Both the position numbers and the translations under genes were made by a program. DNA of 64,000 nt from Minisyncoccia bacterium (GTDB lineage: Bacteria; Patescibacteriota; Minisyncoccia; SW-4-49-11), in contig JBIKVS010000003.1 in assembly GCA_044356725.1 (NCBI GenBank), positions 1 to 64,000 on the forward strand. Direction: 5' to 3'. The notes under the pieces are model-generated. The model saw only the letters and a list, made by a program, of their open reading frames with translations, was not told the origin of the DNA and did not search any database. Shown here piece by piece: positions 30,134-41,347 of this stretch. Numbering within the stretch: the first letter of the stretch is position 1; each line of letters opens with the position of its first letter.

Positions 30134-31471
30134 TTAAAATACTAATGGATTAGCAATATATAGAATAGGAACATCTTTCGTCAATGTTAACTGATTGTCT
30201 ATACTTGTTTTAAATATATCCTTAATATAATCAATGGATATATTATTAGCTTCTATCTCACCTTGATTATAGGGATTATCTCCGAGATACAAAGTATTTA
30301 TATCTGGCTTATTAGTTAAAGTACTAGAATTGATTAGTTTAGTATTAAATCCTCTTGCTTTTAAAAATTCTTGAATATGTTCATTCTCAGACTTATTAAG
30401 ATTATTAGAAATTATTAATTCTATATTAAATTTATTTTTATTTAAATTAGCTAATTTTTCTTGATAGGCAAAAATATCATTAATGTTTGCAATTTCTTCT
30501 TGAATCTCTAAATAATTTTTTTCCCCTATTCTTGGTTCTAAAATATACCCCCTAGCTGAACCAAATTGTCTATACCCTTCCTTAATATTACCTTTTAATA
30601 AATCATTTCCTATAACTAGAGACTTAACAGTATAGTCTTTGCTATCTTGATATGTGTCATAGAGACCTTTCATATCTGCCAAAGATAAATCCGTTTTAAC
30701 TGTTTCTCTTGCAATACCCAATAGAGAGACTAGTTTAGGCGCATCTAAAACTGGATTTAGACTAAAAACTCTATCTTTAATATTACTAATAATCTGTTGT
30801 TGTCTTCGTGAACGGTCTAAATCACCACCTACTGATGTATATCTAGTTCTTGAATATTTTAGAGCAGTTTCCCCATCCAAAGTTTGAACTCCTGCTGGTA
30901 ATGTGAATCTCTGATAGCTATAATTTGGTCCAGGATAATAAGGGTCATCAATAGCTTCAGTTACATCTACTTCTACACCACCTATTTTATCTACTATTTT
31001 TACAAAGCCAGCAAAATCTACTTCGGCATAGTAGTTAAAAGTAATTCCTGTAATTTCAGTTAGTTTATTTTGTAAACTTTTTATAGACTCATCTTTGATA
31101 TTACCACTATTTAATTCTCTTGCATATACACTATTTATTTTACTATAATATCCACTATCATCAAAAACTAGAAAGTCTCTTGGGATTGATATTAATCTAA
31201 TTTGTTTCTCTGGATTAAGTATCTGCACAATCATAATAGTATCGGTTAATTGCCCACCTTCTTCTTGTGAATCACCTCCTTTACCTAATAATAAAACAGT
31301 TTCTTTATCTGGCTTACTGATAACTTTATCTGGTTTTATAGGATTTAAACCTTGAATAATAGGTATTTTTTGTGAATTTGCAGATAAAAACCAAGCAGAC
31401 ACCCCAACAATTCCAGCTGATAAAGTAAAGGCTAAAAAAGCTATTCCTATGTTCGACTTAAATATATTCAT
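30134..31471 (-). CDS. LCP (LytR-CpsA-Psr) family glycopolymer transferase
   Basis: LTDTIM, ISIPRD, KINSVY, VDKIGGV, ALKYSRTR, DLDRSRRQQ. Confidence 0.92.
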   Translation of the reverse strand: MNIFKSNIGIAFLAFTLSAGIVGVSAWFLSANSQKIPIIQGLNPIKPDKVISKPDKETVLLLGKGGDSQEEGGQLTDTIMIVQILNPEKQIRLISIPRDFLVFDDSGYYSKINSVYARELNSGNIKDESIKSLQNKLTEITGITFNYYAEVDFAGFVKIVDKIGGVEVDVTEAIDDPYYPGPNYSYQRFTLPAGVQTLDGETALKYSRTRYTSVGGDLDRSRRQQQIISNIKDRVFSLNPVLDAPKLVSLLGIARETVKTDLSLADMKGLYDTYQDSKDYTVKSLVIGNDLLKGNIKEGYRQFGSARGYILEPRIGEKNYLEIQEEIANINDIFAYQEKLANLNKNKFNIELIISNNLNKSENEHIQEFLKARGFNTKLINSSTLTNKPDINTLYLGDNPYNQGEIEANNISIDYIKDIFKTSIDNQLTLTKDVPILYIANPLVF

Positions 31472-32679
31472 TATTCTTGAGTTACCTTATATAGTAAACC
31501 ATTTTTTTGATCTGTAATAATCATTGCTCCAGCATTGTCAAAAGTAACTCCTTTTGGACTTCCCCAAATAGTCCCATCAGATAATAACCATCCGGTAATA
31601 AAGTTTTTCGCTGTAGAATCTTGATTAATATCTTTAATGACTACTTTATATCCTTTAGGAATAGATTTATTCTGACCTCCTTGATATATAAATACATATT
31701 TGTTAGCAAAATCACTGTAGAATTTATTTGGAATTAAATAGAACCCTGATAATCCATGCCCTTTTGGTAATTCAGCCACTGAAGATTCTACTTTATTTTT
31801 ACAAAAATCAGTTTGATCGGCATATTTAGGGTCTGTATTATCGGATCCATAGCAGTATGGCCACCCATAATCTTTTCCTTCTTCTATTTTATTTATCTCA
31901 ACCATTGGTAATTGATTACTAATTCCAGTTCGTCCTATATCTGTTACAATAAAGTTATCTTCAGTTAAAACCATATCGGTAATTTGTTTTAATCCCTTTG
32001 CAAATAATTTTTCATCTTTTCCATCCATTGAGTATGACATTATACTTCCAAATTTTTGGTCTTTAGGTTTACAAGCTTCACAATTAGCTGATATACCTAT
32101 ATAAATTCTATTATCATAAACAGCGATAGTATGATATGTATTATTTTTAGGTTTTGGTAAATTATCAATGAGAGTTTTACGCTCTTTATAACTTCCATCA
32201 AATTGTATATCAATGTACTGTATAACTTTTGTATCTGTAACTATATACACAGAACCATTATACCAATCCAATGATATTATGGCTTTTAATTTATTATCCA
32301 CAACTTTAGGTTGCTGTGGATTATCATTAGGAACTATCCAAAGAGTATTGGATTCACTATCAGTAACAAAAATATTACCTTTATCATCTGATTTTACAAA
32401 TTGAGGAGATTTAAAACCCTGAGTTAAGATACTAATTTTAAAATTTTCTGGAAGATATAAAGTCTGTTTCTTGTCTTTAATATTGATAATCTGAGGCTTT
32501 AGTCCATCAAGTACAGGCTCCTCAATTAACTCTTTGGAAATTAAATTATTTCGCTGAATTTGTTCTTGTCTAAATTGTGTTATTTGTTGTGTTTGAATAA
32601 ATATAAAAATAACCAGACTTATTAGTATAGTTCCTATTAGGATACGATAAATGTATTTTGATTCTATACGTACTTTCAT
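31471..32679 (-). CDS. PQQ-dependent sugar/sorbosone dehydrogenase-family beta-propeller
   Basis: ISANCEAC, FAKGLK, EINKIEEGKDYGWPYC, GYKVV, FITGW, GSP. Confidence 0.8.
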   Translation of the reverse strand: MKVRIESKYIYRILIGTILISLVIFIFIQTQQITQFRQEQIQRNNLISKELIEEPVLDGLKPQIINIKDKKQTLYLPENFKISILTQGFKSPQFVKSDDKGNIFVTDSESNTLWIVPNDNPQQPKVVDNKLKAIISLDWYNGSVYIVTDTKVIQYIDIQFDGSYKERKTLIDNLPKPKNNTYHTIAVYDNRIYIGISANCEACKPKDQKFGSIMSYSMDGKDEKLFAKGLKQITDMVLTEDNFIVTDIGRTGISNQLPMVEINKIEEGKDYGWPYCYGSDNTDPKYADQTDFCKNKVESSVAELPKGHGLSGFYLIPNKFYSDFANKYVFIYQGGQNKSIPKGYKVVIKDINQDSTAKNFITGWLLSDGTIWGSPKGVTFDNAGAMIITDQKNGLLYKVTQE

Positions 32680-32804
32680 ATCTTTAATAACTATATTATA
32701 TATTATACTATATATTCAATAAATTTTCAATTTCACATCTAATACATACTCTTCACAAACTTATATATATATAATATACTTTATAATATATAAGTTATAT
32801 TATT

Positions 32805-33263
32805 ATGAGTAAAGTTAAAAATAGTAAAAAATTAAAGAAGCAACCTATTATTGCTATCCCTGATTTAGTCCCTGATATTGATCCTAGTAAAATTAAAGAG
32901 ACTGGATTTAATTTTATTAAAGAATTTAAAGCCTTTGCTTTACAGGGAAATGTTATAGATTTAGCAGTAGGTATTATTATTGGAGCTGCCTTCAATTCTC
33001 TTGTACAATCTTTAGTAAAAGATTTGGTTATGCCCATTTTTGGATGGATTATCGGAGGTACTGACTTTTCTAGCCTTTATATATCTCTTAACGGTACATT
33101 TAACTCTTTAGCTGATGCACAAGCAGCTAAAGCACCTGTCATTATGTATGGATTATTTATAAACCAGATAATCAATTTTTTAATTGTCTCATTCTCAATC
33201 TTCATAGTACTTAAAGTATTTTTAAGAAGAAAATCTGAAGAATTAATAGCTAAGAAAAAGTAA
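32805..33263 (+). CDS. mscL: Large-conductance mechanosensitive channel
   Basis: [38 protein letters not shown]. Confidence 0.95.
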   Translation: MSKVKNSKKLKKQPIIAIPDLVPDIDPSKIKETGFNFIKEFKAFALQGNVIDLAVGIIIGAAFNSLVQSLVKDLVMPIFGWIIGGTDFSSLYISLNGTFNSLADAQAAKAPVIMYGLFINQIINFLIVSFSIFIVLKVFLRRKSEELIAKKK

Positions 33264-33324
33264 TTATATTTTCCTTATTTTACAAGTTACCAGATTGCTT
33301 TTAGCTATCAAAAACTTTAATATT

Positions 33325-34980
33325 CTATTTCAATTTATCAATTACCACAGCATCCTCACCATGCTGTATTATAAAACTAAACCACATTTCAAAATAGAAT
33401 GGTATTTCATTATTTTTTGAGTCAGTAATTGTTAAAATATCATCTGTTCTAGTTAAATTGATATTTTTTCCATTTACATTAAAATTATAATTAGTATTTT
33501 CTTTAATATCTAAATAAGGAATACCTATAAATTTATCTTCATCTCGTAGAACTACAAAGATTGTTTTTGATGGGAAACGTAAATCCAAGTTACTTGGTGA
33601 AAATATAAATTCTTCACTATCCTCATATCCAGAGTAAGGATTTCTAGTATAATCTCTTTGATATCCTGTGTTTTCACTTAGTACTAGAGCTTTTGGATAT
33701 TGCCTTTTTACTTCAGATATTGTCATCAATTGCATTGGGATGAGATTTAATTGAGTATCTAAAGAATCACCGGCTAAAATTTTACCTGTACTCTGCTGCC
33801 ATAATGATTCATTCTCTCTATCAAACATTATCATATTACTCTCTAATAGGAATCCACTCACTCCAAAGGTCAATGTTTTACCTAATACATTTCTATCATA
33901 AACTATAGCACTACCACATAGTGGACAGAATGTCACAGCTACTGGAGTTCCGTTAATAGTATCATTAACTATCTCATGCCAATTCAATATATTATAGGGA
34001 TATACTTTTACCTCATCTCCATCTTTAAGTACTATAGCTTGAATTTTATCATTATATTGTACTGTGTCTATTGATACAAATTTTGGATTATCTATTGAGG
34101 GGATTCCATCCTTCCCTGGTCCTCCAGATATCGCTCGTTTTAAATTGACATCTGAATTAGCCCATTGTGTATTTGGGAAGGATTTGCTTAAATCCTGAGG
34201 GATATTATCTAAATTAAGATTAGATTTATTAGGTTGATTATCTTCTTTAGGCGAAAACCTTTCAATTAATGATTCTTCAAATTGAATAGTTGCTCCATAT
34301 CCAGAATCTAATATAGCTGACTCAATTTTTTTATCATACCCAGTAAGTATTGCCAAACCTACAAGAATAATTAATACTCCAAATATTTTTTTTGCTCCAT
34401 TAGCGGCATCCATATGATTGGTAATTTTATTTATAAACTTACCACCAAAATATGCAATTATTAAGAGCGAACAAGCTAGCCCAAATGTAAATCCTAATAA
34501 ATATATGAATCCAACAAAAAATCCTACTGGAAGAATAGTAGCTATTATAAATAGATATGTTGGGGAACATGTAGTAAATACAGGCCCTAATGCAAGACCA
34601 ATAAGTACGTCTCCAGCATAATTTTTTTTCTTATATCCTTTTCCTATAGCTTTATTCCCTATAATGCTAATTTTTTGGATAAATGGAATATTTGTCCAAA
34701 AAGAAGGAAATACTATACCTATTCCAACTAATAATATAATTCCTCCTGAAAGTAAACTCCAAAAATACTGAGGGATATCGATAAGGAGGGTACTTGCTTT
34801 AAGTAGGAGTGTAAATAAAACAATTGATATAGATAGAGATCCTATTACAACCACTGATTTTTTGGATATATGATTATGTCCGTTTTCAGAAGATCCAATT
34901 ACAATTGGTAAAAGAGGTAGAATACAAGGAGCTAAAACAGTAAGCACACCCGCAAGAATTGATACTAGTAAGAAAATCAT
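33325..34980 (-). CDS. CcdA/DsbD-like TM domain fused to DUF3179
   Basis: LAPCILPLLP and PVFTTCSP TM Cys pair; GGPGKDGIPSID, WHEIVND, TFCPLCGS, FGVSGFL, SLWQQ. Confidence 0.85.
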   Translation of the reverse strand: MIFLLVSILAGVLTVLAPCILPLLPIVIGSSENGHNHISKKSVVVIGSLSISIVLFTLLLKASTLLIDIPQYFWSLLSGGIILLVGIGIVFPSFWTNIPFIQKISIIGNKAIGKGYKKKNYAGDVLIGLALGPVFTTCSPTYLFIIATILPVGFFVGFIYLLGFTFGLACSLLIIAYFGGKFINKITNHMDAANGAKKIFGVLIILVGLAILTGYDKKIESAILDSGYGATIQFEESLIERFSPKEDNQPNKSNLNLDNIPQDLSKSFPNTQWANSDVNLKRAISGGPGKDGIPSIDNPKFVSIDTVQYNDKIQAIVLKDGDEVKVYPYNILNWHEIVNDTINGTPVAVTFCPLCGSAIVYDRNVLGKTLTFGVSGFLLESNMIMFDRENESLWQQSTGKILAGDSLDTQLNLIPMQLMTISEVKRQYPKALVLSENTGYQRDYTRNPYSGYEDSEEFIFSPSNLDLRFPSKTIFVVLRDEDKFIGIPYLDIKENTNYNFNVNGKNINLTRTDDILTITDSKNNEIPFYFEMWFSFIIQHGEDAVVIDKLK

Positions 34981-34985
34981 ATAAT

Positions 34986-35474
34986 TTAGTTTATTTTTGA
35001 AAGTATACTTTCAAGATTTGAGCCTCCACTCCATTTTTGAATTAGATTCCCATCTTTATCTACCTGCACAAGTGTGTGTTGACTTGTAACCCCATACTTC
35101 TTCTTTAATTCTGTCTCTTTATCATAATCAGCTTTCAGAATAGTGACATCTGATGGGATAGAATCAATATTTTTTTCTATATCATTATTAAGCGCTCTAC
35201 ATGAAGGACACCAAGATGCTTGAAAGAAGATTACAGCTTTTCCATTCTCTGCCAAAGAAATCTTGTCTTCACTATATATCTGATATGATGATTGTTCGTC
35301 CCCAGATTTAATATCTGCATTCTTATTTAAAGACTGTGATTCATTTAAATCATTAGTAATATTGTTTTTAACTTCATTCGAATTATCTGGTTCAACTTTA
35401 TTATCTCTACTAAGTACAAAATACGATGCTAATACTATAATAATTAATACAATAATCCATAGATTCTTCTTCAT
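34986..35474 (-). CDS. Membrane-anchored thioredoxin-family protein
   Basis: N-terminal TM, FQASWCPSC, KKYGVTSQHT. Confidence 0.88.
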   Translation of the reverse strand: MKKNLWIIVLIIIVLASYFVLSRDNKVEPDNSNEVKNNITNDLNESQSLNKNADIKSGDEQSSYQIYSEDKISLAENGKAVIFFQASWCPSCRALNNDIEKNIDSIPSDVTILKADYDKETELKKKYGVTSQHTLVQVDKDGNLIQKWSGGSNLESILSKIN

Positions 35475-35484
35475 ATGTTTTTAG

Positions 35485-35766
35485 TTATTCTGCTAATATA
35501 TTTAATACTTTTAATAATTTTTCTGATAAGGCATTATTTTCTTTGAGGTAGCAAATAATCTGCCCCATTCTATGAGCTTTTACAAGTCCCTTGGAAGTAA
35601 GATAAGCTAGTTGATGTGATGCCAGTGATTGAGAAATTTGTACAGTTTGAGATATTTCATTAACACATAGATCTCTATTAGAACTATATATCAGCTTCAA
35701 AATCTTATATCTATTTAAATTAGACAATACTCTCATCAATACTATTTTATTACTTTCTTCGATCAT
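35485..35766 (-). CDS. ArsR/SmtB family regulator
   Basis: RYKILKL, LCVNEI, SQSLASHQLAYL, GLVKAHRMG. Confidence 0.88.
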   Translation of the reverse strand: MIEESNKIVLMRVLSNLNRYKILKLIYSSNRDLCVNEISQTVQISQSLASHQLAYLTSKGLVKAHRMGQIICYLKENNALSEKLLKVLNILAE

Positions 35767-35856
35767 ATTAAATTTAAATTTAAACTTATAATTATATTAC
35801 TTTACAAGACTTGGAAAAACTATTGGAATTATAAAAATAACGATAAATGTACTTAT

Positions 35857-35911
35857 ATATTAATATATGCGCATATATTAATATTATATACCGAAGTTTA
35901 AATATATGCAA
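35857..35911 (-). promoter_or_regulatory. Promoter with 28-bp palindromic operator
   Basis: TTGCAT 35906-11, 17 bp, TATAAT 35883-88; perfect palindrome ATATTAATATATGCGCATATATTAATAT 35857-35884. Confidence 0.75.
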
Positions 35912-36110
35912 TAGCTTATAATATAAAATACTAAAGGACATTTCTTAAAATAGGAAAGCATGATTTACGTAATTTATTTTTGCTTTTTATATATTGTCTA
36001 ATTAATCAATCATTCTTAGAGCATACTTAATTGCAAAATAGCTACCTTCCTCAAAATAAGCTCCCTAAAGAAATTCTTTCAATTTAGGAAACTATAATCT
36101 TATTATTACA

Positions 36111-36303
36111 CTATTTCCTCCTTTCATTTTTTATACTACTTTTTCCTATTCCTAATTCTATCCCTATCTCTCTATAATTATATCCCATCCCTATATATGT
36201 CTCTATCTGTATCCTATCTTTATACTTTAGTCTCTTATACTTCCTCATATCCTTATTATTTACTTATTCCTTTCTTATTATATACTGTTGCATTAGATCT
36301 CTG
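36111..36303 (-). mobile_element. IS30-family remnant (left end plus N-terminal HTH of transposase)
   Basis: 36248-36111 encodes MRKYKRLKYKDRIQIETYIGMGYNYREIGIELGIGKSSIKNERRK*, resembling the IS30 HTH_38 start; AGATCTAATGCAACAG at 36285-36300 resembles IS30-type IR ends. Confidence 0.7.
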
Positions 36304-36482
36304 AAGAAAAGAAATATATAAATTAAAATAAAGACTAATGGGCCATATATACCAAATGATTGAATAAAGTTTTGTGTTTTTTGAATATCTAATAATTTGG
36401 AATTTTGAGTATATATAGTTATACCTATTAATATAATTATACTTAAAGGAATAATACTCTTTTTAAATGAGATATGTTTCAT
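36264..36482 (-). pseudogene. Truncated DedA/TVP38 (VTT) family membrane protein
   Basis: QNFIQSFGIYGPLVFILIY is a typical TVP38 start; reading runs into IS-derived sequence near 36303. Confidence 0.65.
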
Positions 36483-36579
36483 ATATAATAAGTATCTATA
36501 ACAGAATATATAAATAATTTAGAGTATAAATTTTCTAATATGAGATAATAATAATAACATATCATGTAAAAAACCAATA

Positions 36580-37173
36580 TTAATCTAAAATACCATCTAA
36601 ATTAACATCATATAGTATTCTTTCATTGGCTAAGTTATATTTGATAATTTCTGATTCATTAAACCAAAGAGAAATTTCTCTTTCTGCTTCTGAGACTTTA
36701 TCTGAGCAATGCACTAAATTTCTAACAGCTCTTGATGATGAGTTAGCTAGAGAATAGGTATCTACTGTATAATCTCCTCTTATCGTACCTACATCTGAAG
36801 TTAATGGTTCTGTACCTCCTACTAGTTTTTTTACAACCCCTACAGATTGATTACCTTGTACTATAAATGCTATCACTGGACCAGATGTCATAAAATCAAT
36901 ATTTCCTCTTAAAATATCTTTTCCATATTCTATAGCCTCTTTTTCAACATCTAAGCCTTGAGATTTTCTAGACTGAATAGCAATAGTTCCCTTTTCTACA
37001 AACCAAGCATCATCTTTATTATAATGCTTCCATAATACATCTTCACTAGCTACTATCATTTTTAGAGCTATAATTTTAAGACCGGTTCTCTCAATTCGAG
37101 ATATAATATCTCCCACCAAACTTCTTTGTACTCCGTCTGGTTTAATAATTACTAAGGTTCTCTCTTTAATCAT
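36580..37173 (-). CDS. ndk: Nucleoside diphosphate kinase
   Basis: ERTLVIIKPDGVQR, MTSGPV, GTIRGD, NLVHCSD. Confidence 0.95.
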   Translation of the reverse strand: MIKERTLVIIKPDGVQRSLVGDIISRIERTGLKIIALKMIVASEDVLWKHYNKDDAWFVEKGTIAIQSRKSQGLDVEKEAIEYGKDILRGNIDFMTSGPVIAFIVQGNQSVGVVKKLVGGTEPLTSDVGTIRGDYTVDTYSLANSSSRAVRNLVHCSDKVSEAEREISLWFNESEIIKYNLANERILYDVNLDGILD

Positions 37174-37230
37174 AAAAATATCTTATTATTTATATACCAA
37201 TATTATATACTTTATTTAACTTTTTTACAA

Positions 37231-37266
37231 TATAAAAATTAGGAGGTCTCCCCCCTAATCTTTATA
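37231..37266 (-). terminator. groL terminator
   Basis: Minus strand ATTAGGGGG-GAGA-CCTCCTAAT followed by TTTT. Confidence 0.65.
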
Positions 37267-37278
37267 TGCTCAAAATCA

Positions 37279-38940
<1,662 letters not shown>

Positions 38941-38956
38941 TTATAATTGATAAATT

Positions 38957-39217
38957 TTATAAGGTGGCAAGAATATCCTCTTCTTTTATGATTAAATAAT
39001 CCTCCGATTCTAAGCTTATTTCTGTTGGTCCGTATTTGGCAAATACTACATTTTGTCCTACTTGTACAACTTTTACATCTTTACCAACTGAGACAACTTC
39101 TCCAATTTGAGGTTTATCCTGCTTAGCAGTATCAGGGATATAAATTCCACTTGCAGTTTTTTCTTCTGCTTTTTGAGGTTTAATTAAAACTTTATCGAAT
39201 AATGGCTGTATATTCAT
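38957..39217 (-). CDS. groS: Co-chaperonin GroES
   Basis: IQPLFDKV, TASGIYIP, EEDILA. Confidence 0.97.
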   Translation of the reverse strand: MNIQPLFDKVLIKPQKAEEKTASGIYIPDTAKQDKPQIGEVVSVGKDVKVVQVGQNVVFAKYGPTEISLESEDYLIIKEEDILATL

Positions 39218-39256
39218 ATATTATATCTATTAAATTATTCTAATATTTGATTGATT

Positions 39257-39319
39257 TTAGCAGTTATAACTCTAGACTGCTAATAAATTTATTATACTGT
39301 AAGTATATTATTTTGTCAA
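39257..39319 (-). promoter_or_regulatory. CIRCE element and groSL promoter
   Basis: TTAGCAGTT-N9-GACTGCTAA 39257-39283; TTGACA 39314-19, 17 bp, TATAAT 39291-96; hrcA present in window. Confidence 0.9.
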
Positions 39320-39325
39320 CAAAAT

Positions 39326-39362
39326 AAATAGAGTGATGCAGTAGAACTATATCACTCTATTT
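39326..39362 (-). terminator. Intrinsic terminator after pilin-propeller gene
   Basis: AAATAGAGTGAT...ATCACTCTATTT. Confidence 0.7.
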
Positions 39363-39384
39363 TAATACTAAATACAAGTATATA

Positions 39385-41286
39385 TTAATCCAGAGTACCG
39401 TTGGAGTTATATTTAGCTATAAAGGAATCTGTTCCTCCTATACTAGTTAGCTCTTGAATAATGCCACCTTGTCCAAAATTAGATAAACCTTGGAAATAAC
39501 CTACTACTAAAACATTACCATCTATATCCACATCAACGCCTCTACCAGAGTCTGCACCTGATCCACCAGCTCTCCTAGCCCAGGCTAATGTTCCATTGGC
39601 ATTATATTTTGCTATAAAGGCATCTTGTGCTCCTGCACTAACTAATGATGTCTGATTAGATTCACCTTGACCAAAAGTTGCCGTACCCTCAAAGTATCCA
39701 GTTATTATGGAACTTCCATCTGTATTTATGGCAATATCAATAGCTAAATCTCCTCCATTTCCTCCAGCTTTCTTAGCCCAAGCTAATGTTCCGTCTGAAT
39801 TATATTTAGCTACATATATGTCTGCTTGTACTCCTGTACTGACTAATGTTGTTTCATTTGACTCACCCTGTCCAAAGACTGCTGTCCCCCAGAAAAATCC
39901 AGTTACTATACTACTCCCATCACTATGCATACCTATATCTCTAGCCCAGTTTATATCTGCTCCTATTGACAAGACTTTTTTTGCCCATATAATACTTCCA
40001 TCTGAATTGTATTTAGCTATATAGCTATTATAAGTTCCTGAGGCAGTTAAAATTGTCTGATTAGGGTCACCCTCACCGAAAATAACAGAATTAGTGCTAG
40101 CAAACTGTCCTGCAACAACAAATGTTCCATCTATATTATTACTAATTCCATATCCCCATTCCCAAGAATTACCACCTATTCTTTTAGACCAGGCTAATGT
40201 ACCATTAGAATTATATTTAGCTATAAAGGTATCTGTAGCACCTCCACTAACAAGAGTAGTAGCATTGGCTTCTCCCTGTCCAAAGACTGCTGTCCCCTCA
40301 AAGTATCCAGTTACCAAAGCACTGCCATCAGAATTAGCAGCTAATCCGAAGCCATATTCTCTTTCACCAGTACCACCTGCTCTCTTAGCCCAAACTAAAT
40401 TACCATCCGTAGCATATTTTGCAACAAATATATCTCTACTTCCTGCACTGACTAGAGTTGTGGCATTAGGTTCTCCTTGTCCAAAGACTGCCGTACCTGT
40501 AAATGAACCTGTTACAATACTTGTCCCATCTGCATATCCTATAATATAGTTACCCCCATAATCTTCACTAGTACCACCTGCTCTTTTGGCCCATGCCAAA
40601 GTTCCACTGGGATTATATTTAGCTATAAATATATCTCTACTCCCTGCACTGACTAAAGTTGTAGCATTAGGTTCTCCTTGTCCAAGGATAGTAGTACCTT
40701 CAAATGAACCTGTAACTAAAACACTACCATCACTTAACTTAGAGACCCCTCCACTTTTATCCAAACCACCAGATCCCCCAGCTTGGACTAGAAAAGTTTG
40801 AGTTGGAGTTATAGTATTGATAACCAAATCTTGCTCTAATTCTGCTTTATTAGCTCTGAGACTAATCTGATTATTCGAGTCTTTAGCAATTTCATAACCT
40901 GTTTCTCCAACTATTGTATCGGTATCTTTGGGAATTTCACTTAAGTATGTAGGGACCAACACTCTTAAATCTATCTTACCATCACAGTATCCTGTACTCG
41001 GTAGTGTATCTTCTATAGTAAGATTGCCTGTATCACATATCTCTATATATGTATTAGTAGGTATGTTTAAATCTACAAATCCCCTATTAACTGCATTATA
41101 TTGCTGTAATGCATTATAGATATCATTAATTGAGACTTGTCTCTCAAGATTTCTAGATTGTGAGATTTGTCTACTAGGATTTATAGCTACTAGAACAATA
41201 CTAGATAATATACCTATTACAACTATGGTCAAAAGTATCTCTAATAATGTAAATCCTTTATTACTTATCTTATTATATTTATTCAT
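39385..41286 (-). CDS. Type IV pilin fused to beta-propeller (about seven ~64-aa repeats, SBBP-like)
   Basis: KG|FTLLE; repeats VTGxFxGTAxFGQGExNxTTLVSAGxxDxFIAKYNxxGTLAWAKRAGG. Confidence 0.85.
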   Translation of the reverse strand: MNKYNKISNKGFTLLEILLTIVVIGILSSIVLVAINPSRQISQSRNLERQVSINDIYNALQQYNAVNRGFVDLNIPTNTYIEICDTGNLTIEDTLPSTGYCDGKIDLRVLVPTYLSEIPKDTDTIVGETGYEIAKDSNNQISLRANKAELEQDLVINTITPTQTFLVQAGGSGGLDKSGGVSKLSDGSVLVTGSFEGTTILGQGEPNATTLVSAGSRDIFIAKYNPSGTLAWAKRAGGTSEDYGGNYIIGYADGTSIVTGSFTGTAVFGQGEPNATTLVSAGSRDIFVAKYATDGNLVWAKRAGGTGEREYGFGLAANSDGSALVTGYFEGTAVFGQGEANATTLVSGGATDTFIAKYNSNGTLAWSKRIGGNSWEWGYGISNNIDGTFVVAGQFASTNSVIFGEGDPNQTILTASGTYNSYIAKYNSDGSIIWAKKVLSIGADINWARDIGMHSDGSSIVTGFFWGTAVFGQGESNETTLVSTGVQADIYVAKYNSDGTLAWAKKAGGNGGDLAIDIAINTDGSSIITGYFEGTATFGQGESNQTSLVSAGAQDAFIAKYNANGTLAWARRAGGSGADSGRGVDVDIDGNVLVVGYFQGLSNFGQGGIIQELTSIGGTDSFIAKYNSNGTLD

Positions 41287-41347
41287 ATTATTTTATTATT
41301 AATATATTTTGTAGTATATAATTCTTTTTTATAAAATACAATAGATA

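Noticed and set aside
35940-36110. Possible remainder of the IS30 or DedA gene
   Set aside because: Frames tried by hand contain stops and no recognisable motif.
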